From Massalongia carnosa (Eukaryota), in assembly GCA_965645245.1 (NCBI GenBank), contig OZ287073.1, forward strand, positions 372,001 through 436,000: a stretch of DNA of 64,000 nt, written 5' to 3'. Shown here piece by piece: positions 22,882 to 34,198 of the stretch. The position numbers and the translations under genes were made by a program. Under the pieces are notes generated by a model. That model searched no databases, was not told the origin of the DNA, and saw only the letters and a program-made list of their open reading frames with translations. The number at the start of each line of letters is the position of its first letter. Positions within the stretch are counted from its first letter, which is position 1.

Positions 22882-25800
22882 GTCGCCCTCGAAGACTCTT
22901 GGAAGGTTCCCCGGTTTCAATTTCAGCTTTCTCTCTGTCAGAAGACTCCTTAGATGGTAGACACCTTGTCATATCTATAGTACTCTCTGTGGGGAATCGC
23001 TCCTTCCGCACCCATGCCCTGATTGATTGTGGTGCCTCGGGTTATGCGTTTATTGATGCATCCTTCGCGCAAAGAAACTCCCTGTCCCTCACCCCTTTAG
23101 CTTGCCCTCGTGTTCTTCAGGTAGTGGATGGCCGCCCTATTGCCACTGGCATGCTCACTCATCTTGTCAAACTTCAACTCAGTATCGATGCCCATAGCGA
23201 ACCTGGTTCATTTCTTGTTACTCAATTGGGTCATTACCCCGTTGTTTTGGGAGTCAAATGGCTTCAGATTCATGATCCCTTCGTCAGCTGGTCCCGAAAC
23301 ACCTTGACCTTTTCGTCTCGTTATTGTGCAGCGGAGTGCCTACAAGGAAAGCGCTCCCCTCTTGTTGTTCCTGGAATTCCAGATCCCTCGGAAGAGTTTC
23401 TAGTGAAAGAAACTGCTTCTTCTTCGAATAATATTGCCTCGAAATCTAGTGATCCTTCGGAAGAGTCTTTATCAAGAAAGACTGCTTCTTCTCTGAACCA
23501 TACTGTTCCTGAATCTGATAGCCAATTTGACGGCCGTCAAACCCCTCGTGAGGACAAGGTCCCTCTCGAGGTTATCGAACCCTTCGAGCTTGCCCGAGTT
23601 GACATGCCTGTTCAGGATGTCAAACGGGAAGCAGTCGATTCCTTTGAACCTAAGAATCCCGCTGTTCGTGCTAGTCTTGAACCCTTGAAGCCCATGCACT
23701 CTGTACTGTCCCTTGTTCAGCCTCCAGATCTGAGTATCACATGATCGGAGCCGCCCCCTTTTCAATCTTGATGAAGAAGCGAGAAAACGAGATCTTCACA
23801 GCCTCCTTGTACGACATTGACGAAGTCATTCGGACCCGTCAAAGTGTCTTCTTGTCCGCCGCGTCCATGAAAGATGTCGAGAAGACATTGAAACCTAAGA
23901 TTCATATCGATCCTGCCCCTATCGTTCCTAAAGAATTTCATGACTTACTGGATGTCTTCTCCAAGACAGAGGCAGACAAACTACCTCCACATCGCCCTTA
24001 CGACCATAAGATTGTGTTAACTGAAGGGGCCGTTCCGCCCTCAGGTCCCTTGTACAAGATGTCAGCACCAGAATTACTAGTTTTGCAGAGATATCTCAAG
24101 GAAAACCTCGCTAAAGGATTTATTCGTGCTAGTTCGTCTCCAGCCTCCTCGCCGGTGTTGTTTGCTCGTAAACCTTCAGGAGGGCTTCGTCTCTGTGTTG
24201 ATTATCGAGCCCTGAATGCGATCACTGTTAAAAATCGCTATCCCTTGCCCCTGATTCAGGAAACTCTAGACCGACTGGCGAAGGCCGTCATCTTTTCCAA
24301 ATTCGACATTGTAGCGGCCTTTAACAAGCTTCGCATGCAAAAAGGACAAGAATGGATGACGGCATTCAAAACTCGATATGGATTGTACGAGTACGAAGTA
24401 ATGCCTTTTGGACTTTGCGGGGGCCCAGGCTCCTTTCAGCATTATATCAACGATGTTCTTCGGGAATTTCTGGACGTCTTCTGCACCGCGTACATCGATG
24501 ATATTCTGATATACAGCCGATCAGTGAAGAAACATAAGGTTCATGTCAGGAAAGTCTTGGAGGCCCTTCGAGCAGCAGGACTACAACTGGATATTGAGAA
24601 ATGCGAGTTCTTCGTCATCGAGACCACGTACCTAGGCCTAATCATTTCGGATAAAGGTATTCGAATGGACCCTCAGAAAGTCGCAGCAATTAAGGAATGG
24701 TTTTCACCAAAGAACGTTCGAGATATACAAGCTTTTGTGGGTTTTGTGAACTTCTACCGCCGTTTTGTTCGAGGGTTTTCCGAAATAGCCTCGCCCCTGA
24801 TCAAGTTAACCAAAAAGAATACAGTCTTTGCCTGGGATGAAAAATGCGAGAAGGCCTTTCAAGCCTTGAAGGACGCCTTTCTTAGCGATACAGTATTAAT
24901 GCATTTCGATCCTGAAAAGAAAATAGTAGTGGAAGTCGACGCTTCGGACTGGGTAGTAGGAGGAGTACTCTCGCAATATGACGACGAGGGAGCGCTTAGG
25001 CCGGTGGCCTTCTTCTCTAAAAAACACTCACCAGCGGAGATTAACTACGAAATCTATGACAAGGAACTCATGGCCATTGTTCGTGCTTTTGAAGAATGGA
25101 GAGCCGAGCTTGAAGGGGCTGCTTTTCCCATACAAGTAATTTCTGATCATAAGAACTTAGAGTAATTCATGACAACCAAGCAGCTGAGTCGTTGCCAGGC
25201 CCGTTGGTCGGGATATCTTTCTCGTTTCGACTTCAAGATATTGTATCGTCCAGGCAAAATCGGAGGAAAACCTGATGCATTGACCAGAAGGTCTCAAGAC
25301 CTACCTGAAGGGGAGGATGATCCACGATTGAAAGTTCAGCATCAAGTGGTCTTGAAACCTCGAAATTTAGAACTTCTGAGCAATGATTTAAACATTCCTA
25401 GTCAAGCGGATGATCGTCAAACCGAGCGAGAAGAAGTCGAAAAGACTCTGGAAGAACTCTGGAAAGAGGGTCTGGAGAATGATCCTTTTCCGAGCAAGAT
25501 TCTCGAACTCCTGCGAAATAAGGTCAGTCATTCTAAGGAAATCTCTTTGGCAGAATGCAAAGAAATTCAGGGACGACTACACTATCGAGAAAAGATGTAT
25601 GTTCCAGACTCGCATGCACTGAGAATGAGACTTTGCAGAGAAATGCACGACAGTCCCGTAGCCGGACATCCAGGAAGAGCAAAAACCTTCGATCTAGTTC
25701 AGCGATATTACTATTGGCCTCAGTTCTATCAGTTCATAGCGAAGTATGTGAAACATTGTCAGGTGTGCTCTCGAAGCAAGTCTTCTCGTCAAGGAAAGAT

Positions 25801-26902
25801 GGGAGTGCTTCGACCATTACCCGTACCTGAGCAACGCTGGCAGGACATCTCCATGGAATTTGTTACTGGTCTCCCTGTTAGTCAAGGATTCGACGCTGTA
25901 CTAGTTGTTGTGGATCATCTGTCAAAGCGACGTCACTTCCTGCCTTGTCATACTACTCTAGACGTTGAGGGCCTCGCGAGGCTGTTTCTAAAGGAGATTT
26001 GGAGGCTACATGGATTGCCTCCGACCATTGTATCCGATCGTGGAGTGCTTTTCGTCGCAGAATTTTGGAAAATCTTATGTCAACGTCTGGGAATAAAGAG
26101 TCTCTTGTCCACTGCATTTCACCCCGAAACCGACGGGCAGACTGAAAGAGTAAATTCTTCAATGGAGCAGTACATCCGTATGTATACCGACTACTTGCAG
26201 GACGACTGGGTAGACTGGTTACCGCTGGCAGAATTCACGGGAAACAACATGACCTCGGAAACCACTGGATGTAGCCCCTTCTTCGCGGAGACGGGATTTC
26301 ATCCTCGAATGGGATTTGAATCAATAGAACCTTCCCGGTCGCCCGCCAGTCTGAATGCAAAAGGTTTCGACAACAAGATGCAGCAAATCAATGACGTACT
26401 GCAGGAAGAGATGAAGTTTGCTCAGGCAAGGTACGAGTTCGATGCTAATAGACACAGAGTCCCTGCCCCGGTTTATCAAGTAGGAGATAGGATATGGCTA
26501 AATGCTAAGAACATACGCACTCAGAGACCTGCCCGAAAGTTCGATTGGAAGAATCTGGGTCCATTCGTCATCTCCAAGGTCGTCAGCAAATACGCATACC
26601 AGCTGGCCCTGCCACCAGGCATGAAGATCCATCCAGTGTTCCATGTTTCGCTCTTGACTCCTGTGCCACAAGATCCTCACCCTGGTCATATCGCTCCCCC
26701 TCTACCACCCGTGCTAGTTGATGAAACTGAAGAATACGAAGTCGAAGAGATTTTAGACTCGAAGAAGATACGCAATCGTCTGAAGTATCTGGTCCAGTGG
26801 ATAGGCTGGAACGACCCTACCTGGGAGTACGCGGAGTACGTCACCAACGCTCTCGAACGAGTACAGGAATTCCATAAACGCTACCCTGACAAGCCTCGCT
26901 GA
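22860..26902 (+). pseudogene. pol: Gypsy B pol with a frameshift (~23740) and a stop (25166-25168)
   Basis: Same domains as pol A. A 1-nt loss in the SIYM motif and TAA in place of Tyr in NLEYFM. Confidence 0.92.
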
Positions 26903-29900
26903 TTCACACCGACTAGGCACTATAGCCTGCGTGGTCTCAGGCCTCGAAGGGGGGAGCTACTGTCATGGTGTGAACATGAGACGTGGAGGTTCATTGAACA
27001 GGTCAATCTACGGTTGCCCTAGATGGACTTTAAGGTTTAGCGCCGGCGGATGATCGTTGTGGTTAGACTGCGAGCTTACCGAGTTGGGTTTAGTGTCCCT
27101 TTTCAAGAGTTAAAGAAAATCTCTGCTAGCAGTTACTGTTTTCCTCCTTGTGTTTGTTTCGTCAGATTATCATGTAGTATAGTCGATAGCGATACACTGT
27201 TCCACCACATGGATAGGATCATTGGACTCCTACCGTGACACCCTTCTTGGTATAACTCCAGATGATATATGGAATATGGATGAGACAGGCTTTCGAGTTG
27301 GCTGTGGGGTAACCCATTTGGTGGTGACACTATCATCACATAAACGAATTATGATCGCTGATCCAGACAATCGAGACTATATAACTTCGGTCGAATGCAT
27401 CAATGGAGTTGGCGGAAGCGTTCCATCCTTTTTGATTTTGAAAGGGTTCAACATACTTCACAAATGGGCCTTAGAGAATGATTTGAAAGATGATATCGTG
27501 TTGACTACAAGCGATAGCGGCGATTCGAATGATTGTCTAGCATTATAGTGGTTAAAGCATTCTAATGCTCATTCAAAAAAGGTTCAAAAAGGAGCGTTTA
27601 GGCTTCTTTTGTTGGATGGATATGGATCTCATCTAACGTATGAATTTTGGGAATATTCGAAAGAAAATTAGATCTGTTTATTCAGATTACCCCCCTATTC
27701 AACTCATTTGACGCAGCCATTGGACGTTGGTGTTTTTCAGCCAATGAAACATTATCATGCTGAAGCGGTTGACAACGCCATTCGGTTGGGTGACGTTGAC
27801 TTCAATCGTCTGGATTTTCTGGCCGCATTCAATCAATTTCGTACAAAGGCATTCAAATCATCTACTATCAAATCAGCCTGGGAAAAAACTGGGTTGATAC
27901 CTTACAATCCGGAGGTAGTCTTGACCAAAATTCGTGCTTTAAATCCGGCATTACCACCACTACCAATATCATCTTCGGAGACAATAATCCTACCTCATAC
28001 CCCCAAAAAGCCCAAAGCCGTTGCTAAAGAAGGGAAAAACATTATTCAGCGAATGAATAATAATGAAGAAATTACTCCAGAAAGAATGGGACGTTTTATC
28101 AAAGGGTCGGTTGCAAACGCTAATTTACTAGAATTGACGCAACGCGACTTGCAAGCCATACACACAGCTGCATTAGCTAAAAGGGCCCGAAAAATGCTTG
28201 CTGGCACCGTTGTTCAGAAGGGAGGAATCGTTACCGTTCGAGATGTGAGGCAAAATCACCTACATCGTACCCAAGAAGAGGTGGAAAGGGAGGAGGGTCG
28301 TCAAAAGCGTGCTGAGACGGCTAGACAAAAGAAAATATTTCTCTATGGAAAAGCGATAGCTAAACGGTTTGGCTTGGTGGGTAAAAAGGCCGAAAGCTGG
28401 ATAGATGAACGTCAGCCTTTGATTTTGAATAGCTTCTGTTGGAACTGTGACTGCAACAGGCGGAATGGTAGCACTGGGTAATTGATATGACTAGTTCGAC
28501 AAACGAGTTCTTGCACATGCAAAACAAATTGGGAGAAACGATTGACTTTCTACCACTACGTAGGGTAAAACTGCTCCTATTTATGCCCTTCCACCAGCGA
28601 TTCCAGAAGCTTCCATTTCCATCTCATCGGTTCCCGCTTCCGATGCGATTTCTGACTTCATACAAATTTGCCACCGCCACAAGCCTTTCCTTGCCGAGGT
28701 AGATGCAAATTGCTTTGTCAGCTGGTTTCGGTACTTGGCATCGGTTGCCGTTTTAACAGCTTCATTTTGAAAGGGTCAATCAATGGATATAATGTAAATA
28801 GTTTGAGAAATGCGTCATGGAGATGATAGCGTCATGGAGGTGAGCCGCACCTAGAGCGTAGCTCCGGGTGCGGTCCATCGGATTTTCCTCGGTCGCACGG
28901 TTAACTGAACTCCTCAGAATAAAACAATATTGCGAGAGCGCTCGATCCTGGCTGGGAACTTGTCGACATCAGGTTTTCACGTTGGCACGTGACTGCGATA
29001 TGCTGCAGGATTGGCTATGGAACGAAACCGAAAAGGGGGAGACGTTTTTCCAGACCCCTTCCGATCAAGGTACTCCTCAGTCTCAGCAAATCCAATCGCT
29101 CCGCTTCGATCAGTACTCCAACCTCATCTACAACCGCAAAACCAATTGAGTGGAGCGATAGAATCAAGATAGACCGCGTGATAGCCGATATCTGAATGAC
29201 AATCTGATCAACTTCTATCTCTTCTACATGCGGAACGATTACAAACGACAGAGTTTTGAGTATGTTTGCAAAATTTACTTCTTCGATCGAATTCAAAGCC
29301 AGCAGCAGATCAACAACTCTTTGAGAAAGGACATTGCCTATATCCTTGGCTGCAGCTATGCTATAGTGCCTGTCAATGAGAATTTCCATTGGTACGTGCT
29401 TGTTGTAAGAAATGCTACCTCAGAGGCGAAGCATTCAGATCATCAAAATTAAAACCTGTCTCATTCGTGTATCATGGCCTTTGATTCGCTCGGAATCTCT
29501 CGAACATTGAAAGTCTCGGGCAGTATAGTTATCCCAGTTAGAGTTCTTCAAAAAATTAGCAACGTAGATGATATTGCCTATTCGTGTCTGGACGGATTGA
29601 ATCTCCCTTTGCAAGCAAACAGGCACGATGTGGAATATATCTCCTGAGATACATGGAGAGTTCTCTGCAAGATTTAGCAGCACTGCTTGCCGCTTGCGAG
29701 GGATCACGGGAAACCTTTTTTGATACCTTTAACCCTTTGTATTTTCGTCTAGAGATCGAGAAGATCTTAATGAGTTTGCTGAATTGAAAGGTTCGCTTGT
29801 CTATAATGAATGATACGATGTGTTTCTCTTTTCTTTTCTCTCTCTTTATACACAGAATTCTAGGTCTAAGAAAGACAACAGTTAAACGTAATACTCTTCT

Positions 29901-30870
29901 TGCTAGTGTTTGATAGACCGGATTTTGGCGTCCTTCCTAATCTAGGAAAGCGCCTCAGTATAGCTTCTCGCCGGTTTCCCAAGTATCATTAGCTTCCGTC
30001 TGCCTCGCTCTTCTTTCAATTTTCTTTCCACACCATATACACTTTCCTGCGCCAGACACCTCTTTCCCGATTGACCTCATTCTCTTAGTTGCTAGCTCCT
30101 TGTACTTATCTTCATGACTCCATGCTCGGATCTTGAACCGTGACTTAAGTCGGACAGCAAGCCGACAACTGCGACGATCGCTTTAGCTTCTGTGCTGCCA
30201 ATCCAGTCAAGGGCTTCTCGAGATGTATATGAACACATGTGCTTTGGGTTCAACCATCGCTGTGACACTAGATGTTGAAAGATCTCTCGAAGCTCACCTT
30301 TCCTGATTCTTTTCAAACCTGACCTCATTCATTTCTTCTCGGCGTCTGTATTTTGCTTCCGCGACCTGTTGCGCTTTGGATGTGTTTGTATGACAATTCC
30401 CATGTGCAAAGTGTGAGTTATCGGCGCAGCCATGAGAAAGCCAGCGAAATATAGTACTGATCGAAGCTGCCGTACTTTGGGCATGACCAAGAAAAAAAGG
30501 TCTTGCATTGTGAAGGGAGACTAGTTGATTATGTCGTCAACGCAGGCCTCATAGCTGAATTATCAAGCGATCTGCTAACACCTCCTGTATCGGCTCGATC
30601 TGGAATGATTGAAGCTCGTGCGGGTTTCAGACTTCGATTCGGTCTGACATGACGACGACTGCAGAATTCGGACTTGCCTGGATCGGGAAGTCCGCTCGAG
30701 GAGGCATGCATCGTTCACATGATTGATAGATCATACATTAGATCCTTTTAAGCCATCTGCGAAATCTGGTTCGCCTTGCGTTTTTTCAATAAAAATTGTG
30801 GATGCTCGTCAGATGGGGAACTTTGTGTCAACTTCAGAAGGTTAGCATTTTCATACAATTTGAGAGTCTG

Positions 30871-33666
30871 CTAGCTTATCTCTTCCGAGTTATCAATTGT
30901 TTCTACCTCATTCTGCTTAAAAATCGCAGCATTGTTCATCGCAAGAAGGGTGGTTGAATGTTCGCTTCCCAACGTCTTTTGACTTGCTTTCAGCGTCTCT
31001 TCTATCAACTTTATTACTTCTTGTTTGCGTCCTAAACCGCTATAACTAACTGCAAGATTGTTCATCGTTATGAGAGTGTCCGGATGTTCGCTTCCCTGCG
31101 TCCTCTGACGTGCCTTCAACACCGTTTCGTTCAATCCATTGCCTCCCGTTTGCGTCCTAAATCGCTATAACTATATGCAAGACTGTTCATCGTCCTGAGA
31201 GTGTCCGGATGTTCGCTTCCCAGCGTCCTCTAACGTGCTCTCAACACCGTTTCGTTCAATTCCATTGCCTCCCGTTTGCGTCCTAAATCGCTATAACTAG
31301 CTGCAAGATTGTTCATCGTTATGAGAGTGTCCGGATGTTTGCTTCCCAGCGTCCTCTGACGTGCCTTCAACACCCTTTCTCCCAATTCCATTGCCTCCTG
31401 TTTGCGTCCTAAATCGCTATAACTAGCTGCAAGATTGTTCATCGTTATGAGAGTGTCCGGATGTTTGCTTCCCAGCGTCCTCTGACGTGCCTTCAACACC
31501 TTTTCTCCCAATTTCATTGCCTCCTGTTTGCGTCCTAAATCGCTATAACTAGCTGCAAGATTGTTCATCGTCACGAGAGTGTCCGGATGTTCGCTTCTCA
31601 GCGTCCTCTGACATGCCTTCAACGCTGTTTCTCTCAATTTCATTGCCTCCTGTTCGCGTCCTAAATCGCTATAACTACTTGCAAGATTGTTCATCGTCCT
31701 GAGAGTGTCCGGATGTTTGCTTCCCAGCGTCCTCTGAAGTGCCTTCAACGCTGTTTGTCTCAATTTCATTGCCTTCTGTTTTCCTCCTAAATCGCTATAA
31801 TCAGTTGCAAGATTGTTCATCGTTATCAGAGTGTCCGGATGTTCGCTTCCCAGCGTCCTCTGACGTGCCTTCAACACCTTTTCTCCCAATTTCATTGCCT
31901 CCTGTTTGCGTCCTAAATCGCTATAACTAGCTGCAAGATTGTTCATCGTTATGAGAGTGTCCGGATGTTCGCTTCCCAGCGTCCTCTGACGTGCCTTCAA
32001 CACCGTTTCGTTCAATTCCATTGCCTCCTGTTTGCGTCCTAAATCGCTATAACTATTTGCAAGATTGTTCATCGTATCAAGAGTGTCCGGATGTTCGCTT
32101 CCCTGCGTCCTCTGACGTGCCTTCAACACCGTTTCGTTCAATTCCATTGCCTCCCGTTTGCGTCCTAAATCGCTATAACTATTTGCAAGACTGTTCATCG
32201 TCCTGAGAGTGTCTGGATGTTCGCTTTCTAGCGTCCTCTGACGTGCCTTCAACACCGTTTCGTTCAATTCCATTGCCTCCCGTTTGCGTCCTAAATCGCT
32301 ATCACTATCTGCAAGACTGTTCATCGTCCTGAGAGTGTCCGGATGTTCGCTTCCCAGCGTCCTCTGACGTGCCTTCAACACCGTTTCGTTCAATTCCATT
32401 GCCTCCCGTTTGCGTCCTAAATCGCTATAACTATATGCAAGACTGTTCATCGTATCAAGAGTGTCCGGATGTTCGCTTCCCAGCGTCCTCTGACGTGCCT
32501 TCAACACCGTTTCGTTCAATTCCATTGCCTCCTGTTTGCGTCCTAAATCGCTATAACTATATGCAAGACTGTTCATCGTCCTGAGAGTGTCTGGGTGTTC
32601 GCTTCCCAGCGTCCTCTGACGTGCCTTCAACACCGTTTCGTTCAATTCCATTGCCTCCCGTTTGCGTCCTAAACCGCTATAACTATTTGCAAGACTGTTC
32701 ATCGTCCTGAGAGTGTCCGGATGTTCGCTTCCCAGCGTCCTCTGACATGCCTTCAACATCATTTCTCCCAATTCCATTGCCTCGTGTAGCCGGCCATTCT
32801 CATGAAACGCAATTGCAAACCTCTCCGCCACACTAACACGATTGAGCTCTGAGTATTCGTCAAGAAACGGCTTATCTCTGCAAAGACTTATGCAAGACTC
32901 GATATGAGGCAAGAATTCCGAATGCTCTCTCGCACAGACTTCACACTCCGTCACGGATCCTGTTACTTCTTCCTTATGAGAATCGTCGATGAAACTTGGA
33001 GAAAGGTTCTCATCGTTCTCAATGTCTTTGGGGATGTGTTGAAAATGAGAATCATTTGAAACAAGCGAGTCGTCGGAAATAGCTTCGATAGTAGGCGCAA
33101 TCTGGAACAGTAGCGTTAAGCAACGCTCCACATCCTCCACGAAAGCCTGTCTGGGAGCTACAACTGTTTCATCTCCATCCGAATGAGTGTCAGGAATTGT
33201 GCTACCGTTGTCGCTTCCGACCTCCATTAGGAACTGTTGGACGTCATTTAACGTCGATCGCATAGTCAGAATCAGTTTTTCGTCGACCTCAAAGTTTTGT
33301 GTATCAAGCAGCGAGTCTATATGCGGGTCAGAAGAACTGGCAGTGTTTTCAAAGGAAGCTCTGTCACTTCCCAACAGCTTGAAACATACCGACAATGAGC
33401 GCAGCCCCAAGCGAGTTGAGCACTTCGAGTACGCTTATCTGAAGGCTTGAAGAATGTGCCAGACATGCCTCAAGCTGTCCACCGCATAAATCCTCGCCCC
33501 AAAGGATTAACTGCCCCAAATTATGCCTGGTTGCTCCTTGCTGTTCTTGTAGCCAGCTGGAATCCGCTTTCATCTGCCGGAAATGGATTCGCAAAAGCCC
33601 CACACATTGCTGGTACAAGGCAGTGGCTAAACCATGCGCTGGCCCTCCTTCAGGAGTCCTCGCCAT
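30871..33666 (-). CDS. TPR-array protein without nucleotide-binding domain; helical (possibly HeLo-like) N-terminus; premature stop after repeat 12
   Basis: ATG 33666; intron 33389-33317 (GTATGT..CTGAC..TAG) joins the two ORFs in frame. About 14-15 repeats of 42 aa (LGSEHPDTLxTMNxLAxSYSDLGR). TAG at 31230-31232 and a 1-nt deletion near 31135. Confidence 0.85.
30950..32760 (-). repeat. 126-bp coding tandem repeat (TPR), high internal identity
   Basis: GAGAGTGTCCGGATGTTCGCTTCCCAGCGTCCTCTGACGTGCCTTCAACACC recurs at 126-bp period. Confidence 0.95.
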
Positions 33667-34198
33667 CTCCAACCACTCGCGCTACAGCCGTTGTCGCGTG
33701 AACGCCTTACCAATCTTCGAGAGTCGATACAAATCTCGTGGTCTGTCGCTAGCCAAGAGACCCACCGTCTAACCGTTCCGTGAATACGACGTTTTCGGCT
33801 GATCTCACAAACGTCAGATCACGAAGGATCGGACTTGAAAGCTTCTTTCTGGTGCGATGAGGTTGTCTGCCGCCGGAAACCACCGAGGCGTCTTCTTCTA
33901 GCACTACTATCTATCATCAAGAGCGAGCTAGAGCCAGACAACGAGTCACGCACCAACATCAGACCTTTCTTGTATGCGCAGGAACAACTCGCGAAGGAAG
34001 TAATGATGTTCATCTATGCAGGCGCCCCACCATCTTCGAATTTCCATGCTTGTCGGCTTACTTAAGCACGGCGGAGGATCAGTGCGGGGTGTCGGTCCAA
34101 GTTGGCCCAAGTCGGCTCTATCCAGAGCGTAAACTTTTGAAGCTTGCTTCTACACCTTCATTTGGGTCGTGTTCTTGGTTGATTCCGAGCGAGCGAGT

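Larger units (their letters stand above)
21320..27240 (+). mobile_element. Ty3/gypsy chromovirus B, full-length, mildly decayed
   Basis: 280-bp LTRs at 21320-21599 and 26961-27240 with 5 differences seen; TSD CCCTT; PPT GAAGGGGGGAG. Confidence 0.97.
14992..28481 (+). pseudogene. Fot1/pogo transposase in three pieces (14992-15338, 21196-21319, 27246-28481)
   Basis: Rejoins as ..VGKCWTGRF/LKRNPQ..TVAL/LGITPDDIWNMDETGF..LLLLDGYGSH..QPLDVGVFQP; in-frame TAG at 27546 and ~27668. Confidence 0.9.
14849..28901 (+). mobile_element. Fot1/pogo-type DNA transposon hosting two gypsy insertions
   Basis: ~94-bp TIRs (ACCGTGCGACCGAGG.. / ..CCTCGGTCGCACGGT) flanked by TA. Confidence 0.93.
14428..29787 (+). 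pseudogene. Ulp1/peptidase C48 (SUMO-protease-like) pseudogene split by nested TEs
   Basis: Removing the solo LTR and the pogo element restores one frame MSQQLDD..NHSLTELLRIKQY..YLNDNLINFYL..VPVNENFHWYVLVV..MAFDSLG..LQANRHD/CGIYLLRYME. Several stops and a 1-nt frameshift at the catalytic Cys. Confidence 0.8.

Noticed and set aside
14846..28904. piggyBac assignment from TTAA at both ends
   Set aside because: The transposase is Fot1/pogo type (MDETG, DGYGSH, QPLDV). TTAA arises from the TA target plus adjacent bases.
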